From the human T2T-CHM13v2.0 reference genome, Homo sapiens: a stretch of DNA of 64,000 bases. The notes below the pieces were generated by a model. The model had not been told where the DNA came from. It did no database searches and was given only the letters and a program-made list of their open reading frames with translations. The DNA is taken from the NCBI RefSeq assembly GCF_009914755.1, contig NC_060928.1. One strand, written 5' to 3'. This document shows positions 13,748-29,694 of the stretch, piece by piece; the first letter of the stretch is position 1; each line of letters opens with the position of its first letter. The translations under genes were made by a program, and so were the position numbers.

Positions 13748-14440
13748 GTATTAATCAAGACCCTTTCTCTTACAAATAGCAGAAGTTTACTTCAAAATAG
13801 CTTTTTTAAAATTGACTCATGTAGTTTGAAAGTCTAGGGAACAGCTGCCTTGCCTCTGTTTCACTTTAGTTACTTTCACACTAGACATGTTGGCTCCTGC
13901 AATCGCAAAACTACTGCATTGGGACAACTTGTGATACACAAGAAAGACCACTTCTTCTGATTATCCATATTTCACATTTCAGTCTTCACTGTAATTTGTT
14001 AAACTGTTTCTGAAAATTAGAGACCTAGATATGCATAATAAGTATTGACAAAATATCTTAGCATGGAAATGACTAAATCCAGTATGCTAGGTAGATATGT
14101 ACACATTTGTTACCCATATTCACAAAAACAAAGAAAAAATCAACTTTAGGGATGAATCAGAGGGTTATTTATGGGCTCCACTGCATACTGAAAACATTGA
14201 TTTAATGTTTTCAAAGTAGAGTCAGTACTATCCCTTAAAAAATTACTTAGGCCAGAGGACATGGAGAGTTCGAACTAACCAGCCCAGGACACATGACCAT
14301 CCAGCAATGCAACCTAGAGAGTTGGGCACATGTAGAAAACAAGGGAGGCATCCAGATTTATTTCTTAAATGAAAAGTGGCATCTTGTTGTTTGAATAAAG
14401 GAAAAGAAATATTGGGAAGATTAAAAATAAAAGACATCAA
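13748..14440 (-). mobile_element. Old MLT1-type MaLR LTR interrupted by the duplicated segment
   Basis: tgtattaatcaagaccctttctcttacaaatagcagaa...attgactcatgta, resuming after 14240 with aggccagaggacatgg...agcccaggacacatgaccatcc. Confidence 0.5.
13983..14228 (+). repeat. ~245-bp direct repeat, copy 2
   Basis: Matches 11146-11393 with few substitutions and small indels. Confidence 0.95.
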
Positions 14441-14441
14441 C

Positions 14442-14517
14442 TACTTAGCCACCAGTATAACCCTGTTAACTTAGAACTATGATTCTAAGTTAACAGGGTT
14501 ATACTGGTGGCTAAGTA
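14442..14517. repeat. Perfect inverted repeat, 35-bp arms, 6-nt spacer
   Basis: tacttagccaccagtataaccctgttaacttagaa-ctatga-ttctaagttaacagggttatactggtggctaagta. Confidence 0.98.
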
Positions 14518-14694
14518 AGAATCCAAACCTAGTTTTCTTACACCAAATGCAGTGTGTTTTCCCCTAGATAAAGTTGTTTTCTAAATGAAAGATGGAAATG
14601 TTGACTGCAAATGATTTATAAAGGCTTTACATATCATCAAAGCACCCTGAAAACCAAAACAGTAACTTTTGACTTGATAAATGTAAGGAAACAT

Positions 14695-15075
14695 TCAGGA
14701 TGAACTCTGTCCTGTGCCACCAAAATCCCCCTTCAAAACTGAAGACTGTCTTCTCCCAAATGCTGAGAGGGCTTGCCGCTGACTACCTTCCTTATGAATT
14801 ACCCTCCGCTTAGGGGAACCACCTCACCAAAGGACACACAGGGGTGTAAAATTCCTCCTTCCACCAGCGCTAACTTGGGATAACTCTGAAGACCATCCCA
14901 CTTCCAGAGCTCCCTGCAGGTCTTCGCTGAGACTGCATCGTAGCCTCCCTCTGCTGGCTCTTTCTTGTTCCCTTCCCTTGGGGCACAGTGTTATTCCCGA
15001 GAGCAGTCCCTGATAGCCTCTCTAGTCTCCAATCTCTACCCCAGAGTCGGCTTCCTGGGAACCTAACCTTCTACA
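14695..15075 (+). mobile_element. LTR16-like ERVL solo LTR
   Basis: gggataactctgaagaccatcccacttccagagctccc; 3' end cagagtcggcttcctgggaacctaaccttctaca. Confidence 0.8.
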
Positions 15076-15600
15076 GTTAATCTGCTTTTCTTAGGCCTGA
15101 AGGACAATTAAATAGTAACTAAAACAATGAAAGGTTTTCAAGGGAAAGTATTTATGTGTTTGCTATCTTTTTATCTAAAATTTTCCTCTATTTTTAAACA
15201 AAACCTCACATTACTTTTTAGCATGGAAATGTTTATACCTTACCCTCTTATACAGTCTGGATAAGAAAAAAAATCACTAACATCAGGGACGATATGCTTA
15301 TCCAGGTTCTCCAATAACTACTTTTAAGGGAGGCAAGCAGAGTTGACTAAGAGATTATAATCTTGGCAGTGTGCAGAATGTTTTCAGTATGTGCATTTAC
15401 TGAGAGGAGAGAGAATTCATAATCTTTGATTTTCTCAAAAGAGTCTGTAACACAAAGAAGGTTAAGAAATTGGAGCACTGGTTCCCAAATAGTCTCTTAA
15501 GAAGCATCAAGTGAGAGAAAATCCCTTGTTTTTTTTTTTTGTTTGTTTTTTTCCTGAGCGTTTCTGATCCCATAGAAATGGGATTGAGCAAAAATCTTCA

Positions 15601-15832
15601 TTTTTTTTTTTTTTTAAGTTTCAGCTTTTACTTTAGGTACAAGGGGAGTGTGTGTAGGTATGTTACATGGGTATATTGCACCCAGGAAGTAAGCATAGTA
15701 CCCAATTCATTTTTCAGCCCCCAACTTTCTCTCCCCGGCTAGTAGTCTTTGGTGTCTATTGTTCCCATGTTTATCTCCAAGTGTAGTGTAATGTTTAGCT
15801 TCCGCTTATTAGTGAGAACAAGTGGTATTTGG
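15601..15832 (-). mobile_element. L1PA/PB 3' end inserted in a MER5-like element (~15475-15895)
   Basis: Poly-T then gttacatgggtatattgc...agcatagtacccaat...gtgagaaca; flanks resemble MER5 halves. Confidence 0.8.
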
Positions 15833-15916
15833 ACAAGTTTTCCAGATGACTCCAAAATAAAACTCAGTGGATTACAATTTGGAAAAATACAGACTTATGG
15901 ATGAAAATATAGTTCT

Positions 15917-17680
<1,764 letters not shown>

Positions 17681-18011
17681 AGTTCCTTTATAGTGTCATG
17701 GAAAAAACATCTTCCTCCTCCCCCAGTCTTATGTTTAATAACTCAATTAATGAGCCTTCCACCACCTGTTGTTATGTAATTATCTGGTCAGTAGAAGAAA
17801 TTACTGGAAACTACAGAAACTTCTTTTAGCTTTCTGTTATCCATAAATAGCACCTAGTCACACCCACTCACCTGGAAGCACCTTGAGGTCAGGAACCATA
17901 TATTCTTTATTTTGGAAACACAGATAACTCATCTCATTGGCTGCCAGCTAATCAGCATACAGATAATGTGGCTGAATGATTGTGATGTGTGATGATGTTT
18001 GTGTTCATTGA

Positions 18012-18310
<299 letters not shown>

Positions 18311-18707
18311 TACTCTCTTTTTTAATGACTCTTACACACAGCAGCTCATAAAGAGCATGGCTCTGAATCTTCTCTCATTGAACTTACCAGTTGCCACATA
18401 TCATGGGTATTTGGTGTCATTTCCTCAAATAAGCAAAACTATTTATGCTTAACTCCTGCATTCCATGAGTCTGCCTTGTAATTTATGCTTGCCATTTTGG
18501 GTAGCTAGCCATCAGTAAAATTTAGGCAATCTGGCCTGTTGGTGGGAAGAGTGGTGGTCTCTTAACAAATAGTCATGTTCTTTACTAACAATAAAGGAAT
18601 TACAATATGTTAGACCCTACACTAGATTTTGTATATACACAGCAAACACACATAGACACTTTTGCAAAATCAATCTTTGAAGACTTCTATAAGATAAATA
18701 TTTTTTT

Positions 18708-19105
<398 letters not shown>

Positions 19106-19236
19106 TTATAGTGGTCTTTTGTCACATCACTTTTCAGTATGCATATCACTCTGATCAAAAATTAAAGCTAAAAAACGTTATATAGTTTCAAATTAAGGAT
19201 AATTAATTTACTAGATCAATTTATTTATTAAAAAAA

Positions 19237-19481
19237 TTTTTTTTGAGGGGGCATCTCACTCTGTCACCCATGTTGGAGTGCAGTGACACAATCTCAGCTC
19301 ACTGCAACCTCCACTTCCCAGGTTCAAGCGATTTTCTTGCCTCAGCCTGGGTATGTATTTTTAGTAGAGACGAGGTTTACCATGTTGGCCAGGCTGGTCT
19401 CGAACTCCTGGCCTCAAGTAATTCACCCACCTCAGCCTCCCAAAGTGCTGGGGTTTCAGACATGAGCCAGCACGCCCAGCC
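19237..19481 (-). mobile_element. Alu (S-like, internal deletion)
   Basis: Alu consensus missing part of the right-arm/linker region. Confidence 0.95.
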
Positions 19482-19559
19482 CCAATTTAAAACATGCAAT
19501 CAAACACGTCACTTCCAGACTTAAACTGCTTTTCATTCTGCTCACATATCCAGTCATCC

Positions 19560-20055
19560 ACTTAAGGCAGATCCTCTACTTGAAACTTTCAATAGATTAA
19601 AGCTGTATTTTGAATAAAATTAAAACCTCTTCCTGTGTCTCACAGAGATCTACATAACCTGACTCTTCCTCTCCATCCAGCTTCATGTCTCACTAGCTAG
19701 GCTGCAACCACAGTGGTCTCCTATAGATTTTTGATCCACAGGCTCTTTAATGTCCTGGACATTTTCTGAGCTGTTGCCTTTTCTCCTTATCTATTTGCTT
19801 GGATAATGTCTTCTTATACTTTACCTCAGAGTTTAAATACTAGTTTTGCAGAGAAACCTTCCTCTAAGTAAAATATATCCTCCTCCTCACCCTATTATCA
19901 TCTACCAATGCATTCATTGTTTTCTTCCAAACACTTAGTGTGCTTTGTGGTTTTAGTTTGTTTACTTGTTTATTGTCTGTTTTAATGTTTGAATGGGTAT
20001 TCATTGATGTGCTCCTAGCTCCTAGTATTGTGTCTAATATTCAACAAATGTTTTT
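19560..20055 (+). mobile_element. L2 3' fragment
   Basis: Degenerate L2 3' region ending ctagtattgtgtctaatattcaacaaatg. Confidence 0.6.
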
Positions 20056-20259
20056 GGAGAACAAGTTTTTTCTCAAAGTGAAAATGTAAACTAGTACTGG
20101 TATTTTATTTTTGTAATCAGAAGATTTCACAGAGAATAAGTAATCTGAAACTTTATTCTCTAGTCATGCTCTGTTTTCTGAGCATCTTGGATCTATTTCA
20201 GTGTTACTTTTGTTTTGTTTGCCTTGTATTCAGATGTACAATTTAAGTAACTCAAATAA

Positions 20260-20615
<356 letters not shown>

Positions 20616-22374
20616 CTCTGACATGTATTCTAAAGGTATATTGGTTCTGGGGTGAGGCCCAAGCTTGTGTATTTTTGATAAGTTTCTCAGATGATTCTGA
20701 TTCACATCAAAGTTTAAGAACATCTGCTTAGTATGTACATAGTCTTGTTATTGTACCTCTACCAGTGTCAACCAAAGTCCATCAAATTTAACCCTTTGCT
20801 TAATTCATGGTTCAGAGTCTTACACCTTTATGTACATTCTGACTTGGATATTGAATGAATACATAACACCTTTATTATTCCACCTCTTTTATCTCATCCT
20901 CTGCCCTAGCTGAGGATTTTATTCTTTTAACCTGCTTTGATGGTAACATCCTGAGTTTACCACATAATTAATGATAAGAAATGTAAGATAGAATTTATAC
21001 AGTATATATGTTGTAAAGATTTTTAAAGTCATCAGATAAGTAAACATATAATATTTACAACTATTTTGAAATGAAAGAATTCAGAAGAAGAAAGCAAAAT
21101 TGTTGTTTTAGTCAATTTGTAACCTTGCAAATGTAAATGTTTATAAGAGTAAATGTAGTTTCTAAATTTTTGGCTATTTGTTTTCCTGTTCTGTGGTTTT
21201 ACTTACTGCTTTTTCTGGTTTGTATGTTGAAAAATACATAAATTAACTATTACCACTGAGAGGCAAATTTTACTTGCAGGGAAGCACACACTATTAAGGA
21301 TTTTGAGATCTAGTCTATTCATAAGTTCCCTACAATCCCATTTACTTGTTTCTCTAGTATTTGCCCTTTAAATATTTTATTCTTTGGATATATAATGAAA
21401 AATATAGTTCATGATATAGTAAAAGAAAATCTACTATATTAAGATTATAGCATAATCTATATTAAGCTTGTATTGTGCCAGATACTTATTTCAGATATCT
21501 TCTTCTATAAACAAGCAATCTGATACTAAGAAGAAATATTTGTGATATTTCAGACATTTATTGTTACTTAAATACACATCAAAGTACAAATGATAAACTC
21601 TTTAGATTGAATTTTACTTTTCTTATTTAAGTGTGACGTGGACACTGGACATTTTAATTTGATAAATTTCTAGAACTTTGCTTATTTTGGAATAAGTATG
21701 TAAATATTTTGCTGATCATCATGCAATCAAAAATGTTACTTAATATTTTCTAAAATGCTGAAATATGTTTTGAAAAAATATGTTTTGCACATTAAGTATT
21801 TTCTCCTTACTAAGGCAAACTTGGTATCTCCTACCAACTTTTCCAAATTTAGCTAAGGAGGTAATACTAATTAAATAGATTAAAATGCAGCTTTTATTTG
21901 TGGTCTAAGTTACCTGAGGCCCTTTGAAGATAACCTTTTGAAACTTTCTGTTTAACTGATAAAAGTCAAGTTTAGTGATACTGTTGCCTATTTTAAGAAA
22001 CATTCATAATCTTGATTCAGATTCATCAGTCATCAATGATATTCATGCTTACATGAGGTTAATATTACTCTTTAAAATGCTAAGGAAAATAGGGAATGTC
22101 TTTCCCTTCTTCTTGTTTTGCTCTAGAGAAATGGGGCATCTCTCCAACCATCTCCGTGCACCCTCACCCAACATTTCTAGGATTGACATCATTTAGGTTC
22201 CATGTAGATAGAAAGAAATCCATTTAAAAAATAACAATTCCTACATTTTTCATGTGAACATTTCAAAATGTACCAAACCTTAAACATACTTGAGAGTTCC
22301 GTCAGCTACTCAGTTGGTAATTTTAGACAGCCTACAGTGTGGAACAATAATCTATTCTGATATAGGTGAAATAG

Positions 22375-22683
<309 letters not shown>

Positions 22684-23987
22684 TAAAAGCTTTGGAATAG
22701 ACCCTACAGAGGAGATGAAAATTAAGAGCAGTGCGAGGGAATTAACTACACAATTCTTGTTAACACTAATGGAGGTAGCATAGTGAATGCCTCACTTATC
22801 TCATTTACCCCTTACTGTCCAGTTAGTTGCTGAGAGTATTTGTGTTTATATATATTTAGGCACATAGACAGAACAATTTTAAGAAGTCTTATAGAAGTTT
22901 AAAAGTGCTGTTGACCTGAATGAATCTGGCAAGATCAAGAATAAATTCACAAGTGCACAGCTCTCTAACTAATCCTTAGTAATTTTTGTAAGTTAAAATT
23001 TTACTTCTGAAAAAATAATTACTTGAATCAGGACATTATTGCCTAAACATGATTACTGTTACAAAACATATACAGATTTATATCTTCTCTGTGAACTTTG
23101 TACCAACACAAATAATTAAGTGTCTGAAACTCTGTAAAGTGATGACTAGTGTACATTTTATGATGCTGCATCCTCAAATTTTTAATTGTATCTGTTCATT
23201 TAGTTAGAAGCTCTGAAACTTAGTAAAAATACAATTAAGACTTTCTAGTGATAGGTATAACATCTCTATGTTCTAAAATGCCTGCTATTGCCTTGTAAAA
23301 GTTTATTGTCATGTCTTTTTGCCCCACTTCAAGTTTTTAATGTTACATAGTGATAGAACTGTTCATGACTTTACAAACTTTCACATGGAATTTTTAAAAA
23401 TATTTTAAATTTGAGGACGGGAATTTATTTGTTTAATACTTTTTTTTTTTTTTGCCTCATTTCACTATTATGCTTCTGTTAGCTCCTGAAGTACTGCTAT
23501 AAAGATTCCAAATTAGGAACATGTTAGAAGTTCTTTGACACTCACAATATAGTTGGTATCAAAAAACATAAGGCAGAATATAAATCACTAGGAAGGGTAA
23601 AACTTGTGGAAAACTGTCAGTAATATAAAATTTTTCATTTTAATAGGAAACTTCATTATGCAGTTTAAAGACAAATTATACACATTTTACTTTTTGAGTT
23701 CAGCAAATGACTTAGAGAATCTTATTGAACTACTACATTTTTTCATAATATAAAATATTTCCAATTTTAAAGAAGTTGGGTCTTTCCTTCAAGAAACACA
23801 AATCTGGAAGATGGGAGTGAGTACACAGAGGATGTAATATAAATTAGGATGTTAAAATTGCAATAGAGGCGGTTGAAGCATCTATGGTCATTTTTGTTGG
23901 AGGAGATCAGAGAAAACCTCACTGAGCAGGTATATTTGAACTGGACTTCGTGTCATGGGTTAGGAATTTATAAAACAGAAGTGGTAA

Positions 23988-24333
23988 TGATATGGTTTCG
24001 CTCTGTGCCTCCACCCAAATCTCATCTTGAATGGTAATTCCCACGTGTTGAGGGAGGGACCTGGTGGGAGGTGAGTGGATCATGGGGGCGGTTTCCCCCA
24101 TGCTGTTCTCATGATAGTGAGGGAGTTCTCATGAGATCTGATTGTTTAAATGTGGCAGTTTCTGCTGCGCTCTGACTCTCTCCTGCCTCCTTGTGAAGAA
24201 GGTGCTTGCTTCTCCTTCCACCATGACTGTAAGTTTCCTGAAGCCTCCTCAGCCATGTGGAACTGTGAGAAAATTAAACTGTTTTCATTTATAAATGACC
24301 CATCTTGGGTAGTTCATTATAGCAGAGATAATG
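23988..24333 (+). mobile_element. MSTA/THE1D-type MaLR solo LTR
   Basis: tgatatggtttcgctctgtgcctccacccaaatctcatcttgaa...aattaaactgttttcatttataaatgaccca. Confidence 0.92.
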
Positions 24334-24337
24334 CTAG

Positions 24338-24744
24338 TGTATTCCTTTGCTAGAGCTGCCATTGGCTTAAACAACAGAAAGTTTGCATCTCACAGTTCTG
24401 GAGGCTAGAAATCTAAAATCAAGATGTTGGCAAGGTTGATTCCTTCTGAGGGGTGTGAGGGAAGGAACTGTTCTAAGCCTCCCTCCTTGGCTTGTAGATG
24501 AATTCTTTTTCCAATGTCTATTCACATTTTCTTCTCTTCGTGTTTGTTTGTGTATCCAAATTTCCTTTTTCTATAAGGACATCAGTCGTTTGGATGAGGG
24601 TTCACCCTAATGACCTAATTTTAATTTGATTACCTCTGTAAAGACCTTATCTCCAATAAGGTCATATTCTAAGGTACCGGATATTAGGAATTCAACATAT
24701 AAATTTGAGAAGGAGGTAGTGATGGCACAACTTTACCCATAACA
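24338..24744 (-). mobile_element. MLT1B/C MaLR solo LTR
   Basis: ggcttaaacaacagaaa...ctcacagttctggaggctagaa...ggcacaactttacccataaca. Confidence 0.88.
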
Positions 24745-24899
24745 GTTACCATTAGCTGTTATGAGCAAATAAGGCAGAGGAGTATGTTTGAGAGTTCAAT
24801 TTGGATCCTGTAAAATTTGAGCTAGCAGTGGATTCTTCAGGTGGTCTTAACTATGTTTTAACACCTTTATAGTACTTACTATCTTCTTACTACTTACTG

Positions 24900-25110
24900 C
24901 TTTCTTTTCTAACACCTTTTTAAAAAATGAACTCATATAATCTTCATAAAAAGCCTTTGAGTTGGTACTAACATCATCCTTGTTTTGTAGATAAGAAAAC
25001 TGAGGTGTACAGGGTTTAAGTTGTCAAGATGACACAACTAGGAAGAGGCAGATCTGGGATTAATTCCAATAAGTTTGTCTCTAGAGTTTGTGCACTTAAC
25101 CTTGGTTCCC
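24900..25110 (-). mobile_element. MIR
   Basis: ttttgtagataagaaaactgagg...caagatgacacaactaggaagaggcagatctgggatt. Confidence 0.7.
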
Positions 25111-25189
25111 AGACAGGTTGGTTATAAATGCATGACTGGAGACCAGGAAAAAGATCAGTGCTCGAGATGTAGTTTATTTGTTTTTCATC

Positions 25190-25650
25190 AGTTTAATATG
25201 CATTGATTTACTAGTTCACTGGTTTTCCAGTTCATCGTAGAAACTATGCTAGGCACTAGCGATACAATGACAACAAAGATCCCATTCCTTTTCTCAAGTT
25301 TATAGCCTGGTGTTGGAGAAGGAAAATGAAAGAGTATCAGCATTACAAGATGCATGTAATGGCAGAACACATACATCTACGCTGATCTCCAGAGCCAGCC
25401 ATGTCTGGTTGTAGAGGTAAAGTATACAGTCATGAAATGTTGAGGAAGGAGCTTGTTATAGATGGTATCTTGAAGGAGGTGCTTCTTGAGTTGAGCGTTA
25501 AAGGACATGTGGATTGGATCAGGCAGAAAAGGGTGGGAAGAACATTCTAAGCAGCAGGAAGACCATAAATAAAACCACGGAGGCGGGGCATGCAGCAAGA
25601 AGGCAAAGGGCTAGGGAAGGAATGGGTAGAGGTGGGTGTGTTGACCACCC
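25190..25650 (-). mobile_element. L2 fragment
   Basis: atgctaggcactagcgatacaatgacaacaaag...ctcaagtttatagcctgg. Confidence 0.55.
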
Positions 25651-26778
25651 TGTTGAGACGTTTGGTGACGAAAGTAAGGGTAAATTATGGTTTAAAATTT
25701 TTAAAAATCCCATGAGACTGATATCAGAACCAGGGATATCTGTTTCATTTTTAGGATAAAACAAGCTGAGCCTTTTCACACAGGTGTTGGGAAAGCAACC
25801 AGTGATGAAGAGGAGATTGTAGAATGGAAAAAGAATATTGATGAGCTAAGACCCCAGAGTGTTAGAATTCATGAAGCTCTGCCAGGGGACTACTACTCAT
25901 TACCAATAACCTACAATTGTTGCTTCAAAGGTAGACAGAATTAGTTCAGACTTCATTAAAGGAATTTTCATTGATAATCCTTGTCTTTCTGATAATCAAT
26001 TTCAACTGATATGATCTTAACTTCTCACCTTGTCCCCCAACCTTGACCCTGAACTTTATACTTATAATAATGTATCCCTTCCATCTTGGTCCCCAAACAC
26101 ATAAAATCTATTATCTTTCCTTAAAGACTTTTCTGTCTTTCCCCACTCATCCACCATTTTTTTTAGTAACTTATCTTTTATAATCACTGATTTTATGTCT
26201 CCAAACTGTGGACCAGTTATTCCACAGGCATCTTAAGCAATGATGTAGGAATGGCAGACAGAATGTGAACTACCACCACCTCTATCCTAGCCTAAGCTCA
26301 CCCTATTGTACTGTTCTCTGACCTGCAAGATGGTTCCTGTTTCTCAATTAGTTGTTCTCAGACACATCCCACCTCCTCGATGGGTTCTAGGATTGTTTCT
26401 TTTGAGTAGGGAATAGGCTGACCCTATTAGTGCTGGGAGCAGTTCATTCAAAAGACAGGCAGAACTAAATTTGAAAGAGTACACTGAAATTCTGAAGACA
26501 CAAAGAGAAATTATTTCTGTGTGACCTAGAGTTTCACTCAGTCTAGTGGAAGAGGCAGCATATAATTAAATATTACTATGTGAAAGAAAATTCTATAATA
26601 ATGATGGATCAATGATGTTCTGGAATACCGTAGGAGAACTGACTCATGCTACAGAGAGCTTAGCCAGAGTCAGAACAAATTTCACAGATAAGTTGTGTCA
26701 CCAGACTCTTGAAAAATAAATAAGAATTAATCAGGTAAACAGTGGTGGGCAAACAATTCAGAATGTGTCTGTGTGTGC

Positions 26779-26779
<1 letters not shown>

Positions 26780-26810
<31 letters not shown>
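26780..26810. repeat. (TG)n microsatellite
   Basis: Direct inspection. Confidence 0.9.
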
Positions 26811-26813
<3 letters not shown>

Positions 26814-27260
26814 ATATATGAACAGAATTAAAAAATCAAATTCTACTGAGGCTTTTAAAATTACAAAACAAGAGTCTATTTATTTCTACCTCCAGTTATT
26901 CTTTTCAGAAGTATTTATTTTTTATTTTAAAATTTAATTTGTATTTACTTTTAGCATATCCTGTGTATTTGCATTGTTCAAAATTTAAAAGGTTCAACAA
27001 GGTAATATCCTGCCACTGTTCCTCAAACACCTGAGTTCCTTTTCATGAGGCAAATAGTGTTTCTTATGTGGCATTCCAAGTATATACAGACACACACACA
27101 CACACACACATTTTTATTATTTTTCTTACATAAATAGTTATGTACTATGTTTAAATTCTGAGCTTGGAATTTTAAACTTAGTAACTTCTAGATCATTCTA
27201 TTGAGACATACGATGTGTTCCTAATAATATCTAATGGTTATATAATATTCCCTTGGTAAA

Positions 27261-27620
27261 TGTATTAGTCCATTCTCATGCTGCTGATAAGGCCATACCT
27301 GAGACTGGGTAATTTATAAAGAAAAAGAGGTTTAATGGACTCACAGTTCCACAGGACTGGGGAGGCCTCAGAATCATGGTGGAAGGTGAAAGGTATGTCT
27401 TACATGGTGGCAGGCAAGAGAGAATGAGAGCCAATCCAAAGGGGAAACCCCTTATAAAACCAACAGATCTTATAAGACTTATTCACTACCAAGAGAACAG
27501 TATGAGGGAAACTGCTCCCATGATTCAATTACCTCCCCCAGGTCCCTCCTACAACACATGGGAACTACAGGAGCTACAGTTTAAGATGAGATTTGGGTGG
27601 GGACAAAGCCAACCATATCA
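27261..27620 (-). mobile_element. THE1 (B-like) solo LTR
   Basis: tgtattagtccattctcatgctgctgataag...gatgagatttgggtggggacaaagccaaccatatca; 5-bp TSD-like gtaaa/gtaga. Confidence 0.93.
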
Positions 27621-28453
27621 GTAGATTAAATGACTCTTAGCTCTTTAACTTTTTTGTTTTAATTTTTACTTACTCTAGTAAATATTACTGGTTGATTTAT
27701 TAGTTTGTCATCTCTTACCTACCTTTTCTTATATAATAAGTGATGATTTACTTCATGTCCTTCACCTACACCTGCACATCCTCTCAATATATTACTAGTT
27801 ATAGCACAATTTTAAATAACTTTATATAACACAGTTACACTTCTATTTCCATACCAACTACTGTTGACAGTATAGTAATTGTAAAGACAATATACTAGTT
27901 GTAAAAGTTCGTTCACTATTTTTCCACTCTTCTACCTCTCAGCTTCCATGTCCCACAGATTTACTTTTATATTGAGTGTGTTGGAAGCACGTATTTTCTA
28001 TTCTGTTACTAGAAATAAATTATTCATGCTTGACTAAAAGTTGGCTTTATAAGATGAAAATCTGTAATTTGCTTATGTTTTATCACTATAAATATTGTTC
28101 ACTGTACAACAAAGTATTAAGATATGATTATATTTAGTTTTTTATCACTCAGCTTCAGGTTTCTTGTTTGAATTATTACTTTTCTTACTTTTTTCTTCAT
28201 CTTTGGGTATGAAAATTCTAAATTGCTGTTTTCAATAACAAATCTCCAAAATCCCCATTTCCTGACTGCACCCTTTCCTCCCAGAGACCCCCTTTCCTGC
28301 TCTGTTTCTGGTGCATCCTTAAAATCAGATAAATTCTAGTGGGTCAGATCCACAAATTCCTGGTTCCTGTGTCTTAACAATTTCTTAGTTTCCGGCCTTG
28401 CTGGGAAATATCTTGAAGTAACTTCTGAAGGAAGAGGGTTTTTTTTTTTTCTT

Positions 28454-28699
28454 ACAGAGAAAACATCTGTGTTAGATAAGCTGTGTAGAGGCAAGAGTTA
28501 TAGTGCTGTTGGCCACAAGTTCAATGATAATGAATCAACAATGAATATTAAATAAAGTGCCTTTAAATAGAAATGCATAAAACCAGAGGCTGGCAGGGAC
28601 CAAACTCTGTATTTCCCCTAGGAGCAGTGATTCAATATTCACAAATGCAGTGTTCATAGGAATTTTATAGAACCTAACTACTGTGAATGACAAGCATCC
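28454..28699. mobile_element. Partial MER82-like (Tigger) copy duplicating 29451-29690
   Basis: gtgttagataagct...ggcaagagttatagtgctgttggccac...actgtgaatgacaag at both sites. Confidence 0.85.
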
Positions 28700-29103
28700 A
28701 CAATCATTGTTATTATATTCACTTATGAAAATGTATTCATTCTAACTTCATCCTTGATGAATAATGTGGCTAATTGTAAATTTCTAAGTTAAAAAATTAT
28801 TTACCTCAGAACATCAATAGCATTAATTTATTACATAATGGTAATTTGATCATTTAGATTGAGTAGATAGAAGATGGATATGGTTATTTTACTGGAGGTA
28901 GTGCTAGCTTTTGCATGTGTATTTATGTTGCCTTGCTCTTGGATAATAATGGCGACATTAGTTGCCCCAATTCACCTAGAAAATTCACCTATTTATTTAG
29001 AAGAGAATCCTATGCTTCTTACTTTTTTTTTCAAGGGATAAATATCAGCTTTCAGGAACATTTTGCATGTGACAGCATGTGAGAATCAACATACATTTAC
29101 GTA

Positions 29104-29694
29104 CAATCAGTCTGCTTTATTAACTGATTTTGTTTTTTGCAAATTCACCTATTCATTAAGCTTTATTTGTAATTCCAAAATCAATACTCAGTGCACTTTC
29201 ATGATCATATATTTGCATAGCTCAAAAACTTGAGTTGTTAGTAATTAAGGTCAAATAAAGCTGCTCTCTGCATTCTTGTTTTAGCTCCTCTATGACAAGC
29301 AAGTGTTCTTTTCTCTATCTATTTATTTAGTGCCTTTTTCAATTTTTTGTGCTTTCATCAGTGATTTCCCTGTTTAAAATATCTCCCAAACATAGTGCTA
29401 AAGTGCTGGTCTAGTGTCCCTAAGCACAAGAAAGCTGTGATGTGCATCACACAGAAAATACTTGTGTTAGATAAGCTATGTATAGGCAAGAGTTATAGTG
29501 CTGTTGGCCACGAGTTCAATGTTAAAGAATCAGCAATGCATATTAAATAAAGTGCTTTTAAATATAAATACAAAAAAGGCAGAGGCTTACAAAGAACCAA
29601 ACCATTCCCCTAGAAGCAATGATTCAGTATTCATAAACACAGCATTCATAGGATTTTATAGAACCTCGCTACTGTGAATGACAAGAATCCTCTA
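29104..29694. mobile_element. MER82-like TcMar-Tigger element, near full length
   Basis: tttgcaaattcacctattc...aaaatcaatactc...agtgctggtctagtgtccctaagcacaagaaagctgtgatgtgc. Confidence 0.8.

Noticed and set aside
15219-15232. Third copy of ttagcatggaaatg from the 245-bp duplication
   Set aside because: Only 14 bp of match in AT-rich sequence and no extension on either side
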